NCBI GenBank assembly: GCA_001600695.1
Contig: BCKQ01000002.1
Coordinates: 2,360,151 to 2,424,150 of the forward strand
DNA length: 64,000 nt
From: Ascoidea asiatica JCM 7603
Taxonomy: Eukaryota > Fungi > Ascomycota
Reading direction: 5' to 3'
Both the position numbers and the translations under genes were made by a program. Below the pieces are notes generated by a model. The model worked only from the letters and a program-made list of their open reading frames with translations. It was not told the DNA's origin and ran no database searches. This document shows positions 43,347 through 55,014 of this stretch, piece by piece (within the stretch, counting starts at the first letter, position 1; each line of letters opens with the position of its first letter).

Positions 43347-45253
43347 ATGCCTACCGTAGCTGTTGATAAAGAAGATTTATTTGAACTTCTTGGGTATGTA
43401 TGACTCACAATTTTCATTTACATCTATTTTTATATTTTTATATATATATAATCAGAATTAAGAATACTAACAATATCTTATATTTCATTAGTCATGTATA
43501 TACCACTGAGGAATTTGATAATTTATGTTTTGAATTTGGTATTGAATTAGATGATGATACAACAAACGATTGTTTACCAGATGAAAGACCTCAATTTAAA
43601 ATTGATATTCCTGCAAATAGATATGATTTATTATGTATTGAAGGTATTGCTCAATCTTTAAATGAATTCTTAGGTAATTCAAATTCTCCAATTTATAAAT
43701 ATTCAATTGAAAAACCAATTTATTCTTTAACAATTGATGAAAATACTTCAATTCAAAGACCTTATGCATGTGGTGCAATTTTAAGAAATATTAATTTTAC
43801 TGAAAGATCTTATAAATCTTTTATTTCTTTACAAGATAAATTACATTCAAATTTATGTAGAAATAGAACTTTAGTTGCAATAGGTACTCATGATTTAGAT
43901 AAAATTAATCCGAATTTTATTTATAAATTATCAAATAAAGATGAAATTAATTTTATACCTTTAAATCAAAATAATTATGTTAATGGTGAAAATTTTATTA
44001 ATTTTTATAAAAATGATAAAAATTTAAATAAATTTTTAAATATTATTGAAAATTTTAATCAATATCCAACTATTTTTGATTCAAATTCAAATCTTTGTTC
44101 TTTACCACCAATTATTAATTCTGAAAAATCTAAAATTACTTTAAATACAAAAAATGTTTTTATTGAATGTACTGCAACTGATAAAACTAAATTAGATATT
44201 GTTATAAATCAATTAGTTGCAATGTTTTCAAGATATTGTGAAATTCCATTTACAATTGAACCAATTAATATTATCTCAAATCATAATAATCAATCAAGAA
44301 TTTCTCCAATTTTAAAAAAAAGAAAAATGACTGCTGAAATTGATTATATAAATAGATGTCTTGGTTTAAATTTATCTTCATCTCAAATTTGTAAATTATT
44401 AATTAAAATGTCTTTATTTGCAACTCAAAATGATTCTGATTCAAATTTAATTGATGTTTCAATTCCAATCACAAGACCAGATATTTTACATCAATGTGAT
44501 ATAATGGAAGATGTTGGTATTGCTTATGGTTATAATAATTTAATCAAATCAAGTAATAATATTAATTTCTCTTCTTCAAATAATAATAATAAAAATAATA
44601 GCTTAAATGGTTCTTTATTACCGATCACAAAAGTTTCAGATATCATCAGATCTGCTTCTGCTCAATCTACTTGGTCTGAAATTATGGCTTTAACTTTATG
44701 TTCTCATGATGAAAATTTTAAATTTTTAAATAGAATTGATGATAATCAAAAAGCTGTTAAATTAGCAAATCCAAAAACTGCTGAATATCAAGTTGTTAGA
44801 ACTTCTTTAATTCCAGGAATTTTAAAAACTATAAGAGAAAATCAAAAACATTCATTACCAATAAAAATTTTTGAATGTGGTGATATTGTAATTAAAGATC
44901 TTTCAAAAGAAAGAAATGCTAAAAATCAAACAAATTGGTCTGCTTTTTATGCTGGTAAAACTTCTGGTTTTGAAATTATTCAAGGTTTATTAGATAAAAT
45001 TATGGAAACAATGAGATCTCCGTGGATTGAAAATCCAATTACTGATAAAAGAAGAGGTTATTGGATTGAAGGCAGTGATGACGATAAAGTTTTTTTCCCT
45101 GGTAGAGGTTCAATAGTTTATTGGAGATCAAAAGATAATTCAGATCCAATAATTATTGGTAATTTAGGTGTTATTCATCCTGAAGTTACTAAAAACTTTG
45201 ATATTCCATTTGCTGTTTCTGCTGTTGAATTAAATATTGAATATTTCCTTTAA
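43347..45253 (+). CDS. FRS1: Cytoplasmic phenylalanyl-tRNA synthetase beta subunit; spliced, exon 1 43347-43393, exon 2 43492-45253
   Basis: Spliced N-terminus [36 protein letters not shown]; [34 protein letters not shown]. Confidence 0.96.
43394..43491 (+). other. Spliceosomal intron (98 nt, phase 2) in FRS1
   Basis: GTATGT donor at 43394, TACTAAC branch point 43465-43471, TAG acceptor 43489-43491; splicing restores the frame. Confidence 0.95.
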
Positions 45254-45456
45254 ATTATTTCACTAATCTTTTTTATTTTATTCTCTAAATTCATTTATTC
45301 AATTATATAAATAATAAAATATATTAATATTAAATATATAGATTTATATTATAATAAAGCTTATATCAAAACACATTACAATAATAACACATTCGAAAAT
45401 TTAATCTATTTAGCTAAAATTCTAATATTTATTATAATACTCAAAAAAATTTATCA

Positions 45457-47676
45457 TTACTTTTTATCTGAATTTACAGATAATAAACTATATTGATTTA
45501 ATAAAATACAATCACCTCCTCTAATTGGATCTAAACCATAGTTATAAAATATTCCTTCAGAAGTAATTACCATAACATTTAATAAACCATTTGTTGATTT
45601 ATTTAGAAATTTATTTTTATTTTTAATTTTTGTATTTGTTGGATTAACTGTTAAAAAATCATCAGGAATTAAATCTTTTGTAATTTCGTTACCTATTGAA
45701 ACTACAGATCTTGTACCTGTTGAAGCTGGAATCTTTAATGAAGCAAAATGTCTTGTTGGTCTCAAAACAGATTTAACTCTTCTTGGTAAATATATACCCA
45801 TTTTTTCTGCAGCTTTTCTACCTAAAGATTGAGAAGATTGTCTAATTAATCTACCTACAGTTCTTCTTGAGGAATCAATTAATGGTTTTGCAGTTGAAAC
45901 TAAAGAAGAAGCTGTTATTGAAGATTGATTTGTTACAGATATTGAATCTGAAGGTAAATCGGATTGATCAATAACATCCATTGAACCTAAAGAACCAAAA
46001 GATGATGAAGATAAACGACGATGATTTGAATTAAGATCATTATTATTGATATTATTATTATTATTACTATTTGAGGTTGAATTTGGAGTAGTATTAGTAG
46101 AGTTGTTATTACTAGGGTTATTTAAACTTGAAGTTGGAGTTAAATTTGAAGATTGAATTTGACTTGATTGATTAGTTTGATTGGATTTAATTGAAGATGA
46201 AGTTGAAGTATTTTGATTACCTGATAAAGGTTCTAGAGAAGTATAATCATTTGAAAGATATTTAGTATTATTTAATTCTTCTTCACCTAATCTAAAAATA
46301 TGAACAGTTTCAGTAGCACTTGAAGCAGTTAAGAATTTATTATCATTTGAAAAATTTAAAGAATAAATTTTAGTACCATAAGTACCTCTTCTAAACTGAT
46401 ATAATTTTTGACCAGATTCTATTGAAAATACTCTTACTATAGTACCTTTAATTGAAGCAGTTGCTAATAATGATCCATCTTTTGATATTGCAATTGCTGC
46501 CAATGAAGCTTTATGAGCTTCAATTACACATATTGGTTGTAATGAAGTTATATCAAATATTGTCACATCTCCTGATCTATTTAGGTTATTTTGATTTAAG
46601 TTATTTGAATTATTATTATTACTATTGCTATTATTTGTATTGTTATTATTATTTGAATTTGAATTACTATTTGGATCTAAAGAGAATGAATTTGATAGTA
46701 AATTATTATTGTTATTACTATTATTATTGTTAGAAGTAGAATTTAAGTTTAAATTGACATGATTTGATAAGGGACTAAAATGATGGTCAAAGAAAGAATT
46801 TGAATTTGAGTTTGAGTTTGAATTCGAATTCAAGTTTGAATTAGTAGTAATATTATTAGACATTGAACTATTTGATTGATTATTATTCGATTGATTATTA
46901 ATTGATTGATTATTATTTGAATTTGATAAAGGATTAATTGAAGATAAAGTTCTTGGAGGAGAAGGATAAGCTAAAAAATTATAATTTATTGAATCATTTG
47001 GAGATAAAGCTAAAATACCATTAAAATTAGGTACAGTTTCAATAATATGTAATAATTTCATTAATTTTATATCATAAATATAAATTTGATCAATCAAAAG
47101 TACTATTAAATTTGATTTATTTAATTTAATATTTAAAATAGTTGATGGAAAAGTTAATTCACAAATTATCAAATTTTTTTTACAATTTATTAATTTTAAC
47201 CTTCTTGGAGACATATTTGGTTGGTCACCTAAACCAACAATTGCAATCAAAGAAGATGAATAAAGCATTTCAATTAAACTTATTGAACCTAACTTTTTAT
47301 GAAAAAATTTCCCAAATGGATTACAGCTAAAAATCTTATAACCAGTTTTTGTACCAATTGTAAAACAAGAAGAATCTTGATTAAAATTTATATAATTTAT
47401 TAAGTCTATTGAATCATTGGTATTATTATTGGAATTGTTATTTTTATTTTTACCTTTATTTGTAGGATTGAAGTTATGATCGTTTAAAGAAGTTGAATTT
47501 GAACGAGAGTGAGAATTACTTGAAGAACTATTACTATTGTTATTATTATTATGATCTTGACTATTGTTAGAATCATTAGAAGAATATTTATTATTCATAG
47601 GATGTAGTTCACTTGAAAATTTCAATTTTAAACTTGAATTCTGTTTGGATAGTGGTTTAATATTAATGGAAGACAT
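45457..47676 (-). CDS. ATG18: PROPPIN WD40 autophagy protein Atg18
   Basis: FNQDSSC, EMLYSSSLIAIVG, SPRRL, ICELTFP, IEAHK, LYQFRRGTY (FRRG lipid-binding motif), GGDCILLNQY. Confidence 0.94.
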   Translation of the reverse strand: MSSINIKPLSKQNSSLKLKFSSELHPMNNKYSSNDSNNSQDHNNNNNSNSSSSNSHSRSNSTSLNDHNFNPTNKGKNKNNNSNNNTNDSIDLINYINFNQDSSCFTIGTKTGYKIFSCNPFGKFFHKKLGSISLIEMLYSSSLIAIVGLGDQPNMSPRRLKLINCKKNLIICELTFPSTILNIKLNKSNLIVLLIDQIYIYDIKLMKLLHIIETVPNFNGILALSPNDSINYNFLAYPSPPRTLSSINPLSNSNNNQSINNQSNNNQSNSSMSNNITTNSNLNSNSNSNSNSNSFFDHHFSPLSNHVNLNLNSTSNNNNSNNNNNLLSNSFSLDPNSNSNSNNNNNTNNSNSNNNNSNNLNQNNLNRSGDVTIFDITSLQPICVIEAHKASLAAIAISKDGSLLATASIKGTIVRVFSIESGQKLYQFRRGTYGTKIYSLNFSNDNKFLTASSATETVHIFRLGEEELNNTKYLSNDYTSLEPLSGNQNTSTSSSIKSNQTNQSSQIQSSNLTPTSSLNNPSNNNSTNTTPNSTSNSNNNNNINNNDLNSNHRRLSSSSFGSLGSMDVIDQSDLPSDSISVTNQSSITASSLVSTAKPLIDSSRRTVGRLIRQSSQSLGRKAAEKMGIYLPRRVKSVLRPTRHFASLKIPASTGTRSVVSIGNEITKDLIPDDFLTVNPTNTKIKNKNKFLNKSTNGLLNVMVITSEGIFYNYGLDPIRGGDCILLNQYSLLSVNSDKK

Positions 47677-48481
47677 TTTAGATGGGTGAATTATTGATAA
47701 ATATGATTTTACTCAGTTTTGGCATTTATGTTTACCTATCTCTATATATGTATTTTTGTAAGTTTAAATCTGCCTCTAGGTTTATATCTATATCTATATA
47801 TTTATCAGTATTTTTATTTTAAATAGCCCGTGATAAACCTGTAGATAAGTGAGTAAATATAAAGATAATATATCAAATAGAAATATTTTGTTATATATTA
47901 ATTATGAGTTATTGGACATAAGATAATTTTTATATGCTTGATATATTCAATATATTTAGTATATTTGATATAGATTTGGTGTATTGATAGTGATATATTT
48001 GACTTTTGGTGTAACAAGCTTCTAGTTAAAGCTAACTCCATACAAAATTAGTCAAACCCATTCAAACCCATTCAAACCTTAGAAACCCAGGAAAATGAAA
48101 AGAAGTCAAAGAAAAAGGGGCGCACGTGAAAGTGATTAGGTAAGCAAGTTTTGCAATGACATAAGAAATGATGTCAGCAAAGCCATAAGTACGGATGTTT
48201 TATAATTCCGGAATCTGGTCATATGATACCCTCGAATGTCATTTGCAATATCCGATATCAGTTTTATTTAGCCTAAATTGACACCGATTTTGAGGAAATT
48301 CTCCCATTTCATATTCTTTCAGGCTTTAAACGTTGAATTTAAAGTTTAGGATCAAACTTTAGATTGGTGTTGAACCCTTTATTTTTTTATGAGGGTTGTA
48401 TTTGAATTTTATTTGGCATTGTAGAATTACATTATATTACAATTTCATGATTTCATAAGAGTATATACTAAATTTATATTA

Positions 48482-50482
48482 CTAAAAAAGTATTCCTATA
48501 AGAATACAAAAAGAGGATAGTATCAAAGTGAAAAAATTGAATTTTCTAATTTCATTTCCAGAATTAGAAGAAGATATTGAGCCTGTCTCATTTACTGCAG
48601 CTAATCCTTCATATCCTTTAGTTTTAATCCAAGATTTAAAAGATTCTACTTCACTCATTCCAGTTGAAAATGTGGTTGTAATTGTAGATGATATTAAAAA
48701 TTCAGTTTTTGTTGTAATATATGTTTCATAAACTGTTGGTGTTGAATATTTTATCACCCCAACATTTTTAGATACTGAGGTTGTGAAATCCTTTAAAGTT
48801 TCTGTGGTTAATGATTTTATTGTAGATGTACTAAGATATGATGTAACATAATTAAAATATGTATCATAATAATAATCTGCCTTTGTTGCATTTGGTACTA
48901 TTTCATTTGATGTAAATGTATAAATATTTGAACTTTTTGAATCTTCAAATGATGCCCAAGTTAAATTCTCTGTTGCATCTTGTACAACAAAATCATAATT
49001 TTTTGGTTTACCAATTAAAATTTCTTGATTATCATAATCATAAATTAGTGAACCAAATCCAAGCATAATATTACCTAAAACAATTCTATTTTCTCCAATT
49101 GAAGAATCTGATTTTGAAATTAATAATGTTCCAAATGTTTCATTGTTATCTTTTGTATAAAAATCCCCATTTAAATCTTCATAATAATCTAGTCCTGTAT
49201 AATCTGCAACAAAATATGATAACTGCATACTTAAAATATATCCAGATAAATTAAAATCAAAATAAATATCAAGAAGGTCAATTGAATTATATATATCTGT
49301 TATATTACTATTTGTTAAATTTAAATTGAACATACTTAAAATATTGTTATAAATATCTTCTGGAAAATATGTAGTTGCACCCTGATGTGAAAAAGAAAGT
49401 GGATTTTTACAATTGGAAAGTGTTAAAACTTCATCAGTTCCATTTGATGAATAAATTGTTAAATTTGAAATATTCATTTCATTGAGTTTTTCTTCTAAAA
49501 CATCTTCTACAGACTCATTATAATAATTTGGATATTCTATCATCAAACTTTTATAATATTCAGTACCAAATCTAATTGTTAATGAATTTAGTGTGATATC
49601 AATTGAAGATATATTTGGATTTATATTTTGATCATATCTATTAATCATTGGAATTATTGTTAAATTTGAATCAAGATTTTGTGATGGATCATAACCTCCA
49701 AAAATTAAATTTCCTGTAAATGAATATGAAATTTCCGTATCAAAAGCAGCATATTCAGCCATTATTCTTCTTTTAATAATTCCTTGATTTGATAAAAAAT
49801 CTAAAAATGAGACTTCAGCATCTTCCGTAGCTGTAGAATCTATATCTGATGTATCTGAAGTATCTGACGTTAAATTTGAAGATGAACTTCCAGTATCAAA
49901 AGAAGAGACTCCTAAAAAACCAAACCCATTTTGAGCAGATAAAGCTAAACCAAAAGTAAAATTCTCTAAAGAAAACCCATTATATAAATAAAAAATATCT
50001 TTACCTAATAAACCAGTGGCAGACACTAGAGTTAAACTATTATCAACAAATATTGTATTATTGAATTGAAAAGTCTGAGTTGTATCTAAAAATGAAAATG
50101 TGGAGCTATCAAAATTTTCAAAAGTTCCATCAGTACAATCATACGTATAACTTGACTCAGAAATAGACATTTGATTTGAATACATAAAAGAAGTATCATG
50201 ATATGAAGAATTACAATATGGATTTAAAGATGATATTAACCAAGCTTGAGAAGAATCATAATCTAAACCAACAGTTATATTTTGCGCAGGAGTTCCTACA
50301 GATATATTTGCACTTGGAAGATAATATGAGTCGCCAAAAAATTCAATCTGAACATAACCTTGAGTTCCATCATAAGTTGTTGATGCATTGATTATATTTG
50401 AGAACGAGAAAATAAAAATAAAAATAACAATATAAATGTTTGTATAAAAAAAATAAAAAGATTGAAAGAAATTTAAGTTCAT
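48482..50482 (-). CDS. Yapsin-like (pepsin A1 fold) GPI-anchored protein with degenerate active sites
   Basis: Signal peptide from ATG 50482 (upstream in-frame ATG 50527); NISVGTPAQNITVGLDYDSSQAW, NFTFGLA, GNLIFGGYD, IVLGNIML..LIYDYDNQEI; S/T stalk and GPI-type tail. Confidence 0.75.
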   Translation of the reverse strand: MNLNFFQSFYFFYTNIYIVIFIFIFSFSNIINASTTYDGTQGYVQIEFFGDSYYLPSANISVGTPAQNITVGLDYDSSQAWLISSLNPYCNSSYHDTSFMYSNQMSISESSYTYDCTDGTFENFDSSTFSFLDTTQTFQFNNTIFVDNSLTLVSATGLLGKDIFYLYNGFSLENFTFGLALSAQNGFGFLGVSSFDTGSSSSNLTSDTSDTSDIDSTATEDAEVSFLDFLSNQGIIKRRIMAEYAAFDTEISYSFTGNLIFGGYDPSQNLDSNLTIIPMINRYDQNINPNISSIDITLNSLTIRFGTEYYKSLMIEYPNYYNESVEDVLEEKLNEMNISNLTIYSSNGTDEVLTLSNCKNPLSFSHQGATTYFPEDIYNNILSMFNLNLTNSNITDIYNSIDLLDIYFDFNLSGYILSMQLSYFVADYTGLDYYEDLNGDFYTKDNNETFGTLLISKSDSSIGENRIVLGNIMLGFGSLIYDYDNQEILIGKPKNYDFVVQDATENLTWASFEDSKSSNIYTFTSNEIVPNATKADYYYDTYFNYVTSYLSTSTIKSLTTETLKDFTTSVSKNVGVIKYSTPTVYETYITTKTEFLISSTITTTFSTGMSEVESFKSWIKTKGYEGLAAVNETGSISSSNSGNEIRKFNFFTLILSSFCILIGILF

Positions 50483-51785
50483 CGGTATTTGAATAGAATT
50501 ATTATTTCTATTAATATTGAAATGCATAATACATAATATGAGGTATATGTATATTGGAAAGGTTATTATTTTATTAAAGTTATAAATGATATAATGAAAT
50601 AGAAAAATTATTAAATTTGAGAGTCTTTTTGAAATTATGAGATTAGATTTAGATTTAGTGAAATTAAATTGAATTTATAAAAGAAATACATATCCATTTA
50701 TATATTTTGGTATTTTTACAAAAAATTGTTACCTTTTTCAATAAAATTTTTCGATAAATGAAATTAACAAATAAAGGAAAAATAGGTAAGATTATTATCT
50801 AAAATTTTAGAAATATTTAGGTAATTAAGTAGAGAAGTCTTATCATAAATCAGAAGTTGAACAAATTTATTCTCTTTTTTTGGTGAAAATATTTAAATAC
50901 AATTGAAAACAAACAAAATCAACACAATGGTCTTAAATTAATGAAGGTTCCATACTTTAGGTAAGTTTCTAAGCAAATTTCCAATTAATTTTATCTTAAA
51001 ACTTTGATAAAAGATCAACATTTTGAAGTTGTTTAAGACATTTTAATTCTTCAATCAGTATGTTGAAATTACTCAGAACATTGAAGTTTTTTCATTTCTT
51101 AATTGAAAAATTTATCCCATTTCTTCAATTCAGCACCTTTCTTTGACGCGAGTTTTGAAAATTACCATAGAAACAGTTATCGGGAACTGCAAACCCTTAG
51201 AAAATACAACATGTTAGCCAACAGTCTTGGCAATCTAAAGTTTGCGATCGTTAACGGGTCTTTTATTGTTCCCGTTATCGAACCTACTGAAAAATGACCT
51301 GCAAAAAAATTAACCAAGAAGCGGGTACAAGTACATTCGCGAAACAATAAATTCCAATCCCTAAATACCAAACACCAGGTCACCGAGACCATTAGGACAG
51401 TATTGACTAAATACCGGTTCAGTCTGTCCGGAACACTTTTGTAAGTAAAAGGAAGAGACCCAGAAACATGGCGTTAATATGCACCCAGGCACCAACCACT
51501 TGAGCAACTTTAAAAAAACAGCCACGTTTTGGTTTTGTATTTCGAAGTATTGTGGCTAGGTATTTTTACACGTGTGCGTGCTTTATTTTAATGAAATTTG
51601 TCAACTTGGTTACCTCGTCGATTGATCCCAATTCTATTTCACATGAAGAAGAGGAAGAAGAAGAAGAAGAACTTGAAGAAGGTGAAATATTTCATTAGAG
51701 AATAATAGAATTAAAAATATTTTTCAGATAATATTGAGGAATATAAGCCATATCAACATTAGTGAAATATAATTCAATATTAAAA

Positions 51786-52646
51786 ATGAGTAATGTACAA
51801 GATCCAATAGCTTTAGGTGTAGCTAAATTGCTTAGAAATCATAAGGATTTAAAACAAAGAGAAGGTATATTTAATTCCAAAAAATATCAATTTTTCAGAT
51901 GTAAAAGAATGATTAGAGCAATGATGAGTGAGGAATATAAAAATAAAAGAGCGAAATTAAATTTACTAGAAATTAATAATGAACAAGAAGCAAAAATGGT
52001 GTTTGTACAATTAATTAAAAATTCAATGATTGTACCAATTCAAAAATTACATTCAAATGAATGTAAAGAAAAAAAAATTTCAATTGTTAAAGATTTTCCA
52101 AATTTAATAGTAAAACAAAAAGCAACATTATCAGCAGATGAATATTATATTTGGAATTATAATCCAACAAATCCAAAAGATATATTTTATGGAATTTTAT
52201 TAATTTTATCAATTTTTACATTAGTTTTATTTCCTTTATGGCCACCAAAAATGAGATTAGGTGTTTATTATTTATCAGTATTATTAATGATTTTAATTGG
52301 ATTATTTTTTGGTTTAGCAATAATAAGATTAATTATTTATATTATTTCATATTTAATTTTACCAACAGCATTTTGGTTATTTCCAAATTTATTTGCAGAT
52401 TGTGGATTTGTTGATAGTTTTATTCCATTATATGGTTGGGATGAATCTGAAAAGAAAGATAGTAAGAAAAGTAATAAAAAAGATAAGAAAATACCCAGTT
52501 CAAAATCAAATTCAAATTCAATAGAGAATTCCAAAAAAGATTCAAGTACATCAAAATCAACAGGTAATAAATCCAATAGTAATTCAAATAATGTTAGTTC
52601 TGTTAAAAAAAGAACTGTAGTTTTACAAGATGTTGAAGAAGAGTAA
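51786..52646 (+). CDS. SEC62: Translocon subunit Sec62
   Basis: VAKLLRNHKDLKQREG, FFRCKR, LVLFPLWP..MRLGVYYLS, FWLFPNLFADCGFVDSFIPLYGW; first ATG at 51786. Confidence 0.95.
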   Translation: MSNVQDPIALGVAKLLRNHKDLKQREGIFNSKKYQFFRCKRMIRAMMSEEYKNKRAKLNLLEINNEQEAKMVFVQLIKNSMIVPIQKLHSNECKEKKISIVKDFPNLIVKQKATLSADEYYIWNYNPTNPKDIFYGILLILSIFTLVLFPLWPPKMRLGVYYLSVLLMILIGLFFGLAIIRLIIYIISYLILPTAFWLFPNLFADCGFVDSFIPLYGWDESEKKDSKKSNKKDKKIPSSKSNSNSIENSKKDSSTSKSTGNKSNSNSNNVSSVKKRTVVLQDVEEE

Positions 52647-53159
52647 AAGGTATTTTAAAAAGTTATTCTAAAAAGTTTTTCATTATAGTTTAAATCTGTT
52701 GATATATTATAATTTTCCTATTGCATCTGTTTTTCTTCTCATCTTTATATATCCCAAAAGTAATATATGTTAATAATGTATTTCAATATTATATTTATTT
52801 TGTATTTATTCTGTAACTATTTCAATATTTCAATTAAATTCTTTGATAATTGAATAAATTGAATATAATTAAAATGAATTGTAAACAGTAGGGCTCTAAA
52901 ACTATTCAAAGCCCTGATTTGAAAAGGAGATCCATGCTTGTGGCTTCCCGCTTATTGTTTACGTAACACTTAACTTTCAATGAAACTTCGAAATAGTTCG
53001 AAATAATGTGAAATAATTGAATTAATTGAATTAATTGAATTAAATTGAAATAAATTGAATTAGATTAAAACATTTAATTGAAATCAAATTGAAATTGAAT
53101 TGAAATTAAATCAAAATTCAATTGAAACTTAATCTATAGAAGACATAGAATATATAAAG

Positions 53160-54290
53160 ATGAAATTATTTATATATTTTGGTATAATATTTTTTATTAT
53201 ATCAGTAATTTTAGCAAATGATTTAGATTATTATAAAATTTTAGGAGTTTCAAAAAATTCAAATGAAAAAGAAATTAAAAAAGCATATAGAAAATTAAGT
53301 AAAAAATATCATCCAGATAAAAATCCAAATGATGAAAGTGCACATAATAAATTTATTGAAATTGGAGAAGCATATGATGTTTTAAGTGATAAAGATAAAA
53401 AAAAGTTATATGATCAATATGGACATGATGGATTAAAAAATGGTGGACAACAACCACAACAAGATCCTTTTGATATTTTTGCACATATGTTTGGTGGTGG
53501 TGGTGGTGGTAATCAAAGACAACAAAGACAAGGTGGTGGTGGTAAACCAAAAGGTCAAGATTTAGAATTTATTATGGAAATTAATTTAAAAGAATTTTTT
53601 AATGGAGAAACTAAAGAATTTAATTTAAATTTACAAAATATTTGTGATAATTGTGATGGATCAGGATCCGAAGATGGTAAAGATCACATTTGTGATCAAT
53701 GTCAAGGTAGTGGAATTATTAGAATTAGAAGACAATTAGGACCTGGAATGGTACAAACATTTCAAACAACATGTGATAAATGTCAAGGTAAAGGTAAATT
53801 AATTACAAATTATTGTAAAAAATGTTCAGGACATGGAATTATTGAAAAAGAAAGAAATTATAATTTAGATATTGAACCTGGAATGAATAGAAATCAAAGA
53901 ATTAAATTTGAAGGTGAAGGTAATCAATCACCAGATATTATACCAGGAGATTTATATATAAAATTAAAAGAAAATTTTTCAAATAATAATTTAGGTTATA
54001 GAAGAAGAAAAAATGATTTATTTAGAACAGAAATTATAAGTTTAAAAGAATCATTATTTGGTAATTGGGAAAGAAAAATATTTACATTAAGTAATGATGA
54101 AGAAGATAATTATATAATTTTAAAAAGAAATAAGAATGAAATCATAAATAATGGTGATATTGAAATAATAAAGGATAAAGGTATGCCAATATTAGATACA
54201 GATGAATTTGGAGATTTGTATATTGAATATAAAGTTCTTATTCCAAAAGATTCCAAATCTTTAAATACCAATTTCAGATCAGAATTATGA
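53160..54290 (+). CDS. SCJ1: ER-lumenal type I DnaJ co-chaperone
   Basis: Signal peptide, J-domain with HPD, four CxxCxGxG zinc motifs, C-terminal RSEL (KDEL-like). Confidence 0.92.
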   Translation: MKLFIYFGIIFFIISVILANDLDYYKILGVSKNSNEKEIKKAYRKLSKKYHPDKNPNDESAHNKFIEIGEAYDVLSDKDKKKLYDQYGHDGLKNGGQQPQQDPFDIFAHMFGGGGGGNQRQQRQGGGGKPKGQDLEFIMEINLKEFFNGETKEFNLNLQNICDNCDGSGSEDGKDHICDQCQGSGIIRIRRQLGPGMVQTFQTTCDKCQGKGKLITNYCKKCSGHGIIEKERNYNLDIEPGMNRNQRIKFEGEGNQSPDIIPGDLYIKLKENFSNNNLGYRRRKNDLFRTEIISLKESLFGNWERKIFTLSNDEEDNYIILKRNKNEIINNGDIEIIKDKGMPILDTDEFGDLYIEYKVLIPKDSKSLNTNFRSEL

Positions 54291-54527
54291 TATTATTGAT
54301 AATTCTTCTTTTATAATATATATTCTATAGAAACTTATAATTCTGGAATACTAAAAACATATTTCTACCATCAGGTAAAGTAATAAAAAGTGTCACTAAA
54401 ACTCACTCACTCACTCACTCACTTATTATATTCGTATTCGATGATTCTAGTAACTCACTAAAAGAAGGTCACAAAATAGAACAAGAAACATTCACAAATA
54501 CTTGTACAAAGCAGAATTTCAAGAATT

Positions 54528-54646
54528 GGTCTTGTGGCGCAGAGGTAAGCGCTTCGTGCTTATAACCGTTCATGACAAACGTTTGTGTTAACGACACGGT
54601 CGTGTGAGGAACGCGACGGTCGTGGGTTCGAACCCCTCCTGGACCA
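54528..54646 (+). tRNA. tRNA-Ile(UAU) with a 46-nt intron (54565-54610)
   Basis: GGTCTTG/CTGGACC acceptor, TGGCGCAGAGG A-box, TCGTG-CT-TAT-A anticodon arm, GGTTCGAACC B-box, TTTTTT Pol III terminator immediately downstream. Confidence 0.95.
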
Positions 54647-55014
54647 CTTCTTTTTTGCTCTTTTGTTTAACTTATTTTTTATTTATATTTTGAAAAAGAA
54701 GGTTTGTTTGCATTGATAAGGAGGAATAGTCTGAATAACTTAGAAATAAGGAATATAATAGATATGATTGAGTAATATGTATAATTATAAGTATAAGTAT
54801 AAGTATTTAAACCAAGAGATTATAGAGAGACTCTGAAATAATATAAAATTGTATGAAATATGAAAGATATGAAGAAAATAGAAAGAGAAATAGAAAAATT
54901 ATAATTAATAAAGACAAAAACAAGTATGAAAACAGGAATGAAGAAAACAAATAAAAAAATAATAAAGAAATAAAAAGATAAGGTGAAATCTATAAAACTT
55001 ATTTGATAGTATCT

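Noticed and set aside
2626-52966. Scattered CACGTG (~2627, 12683, 36648, 43030, 48123, 51568) and TTACGTAA (~38222, 42899, 52959) promoter motifs
   Set aside because: Plausible bHLH and bZIP sites but too short to support individually
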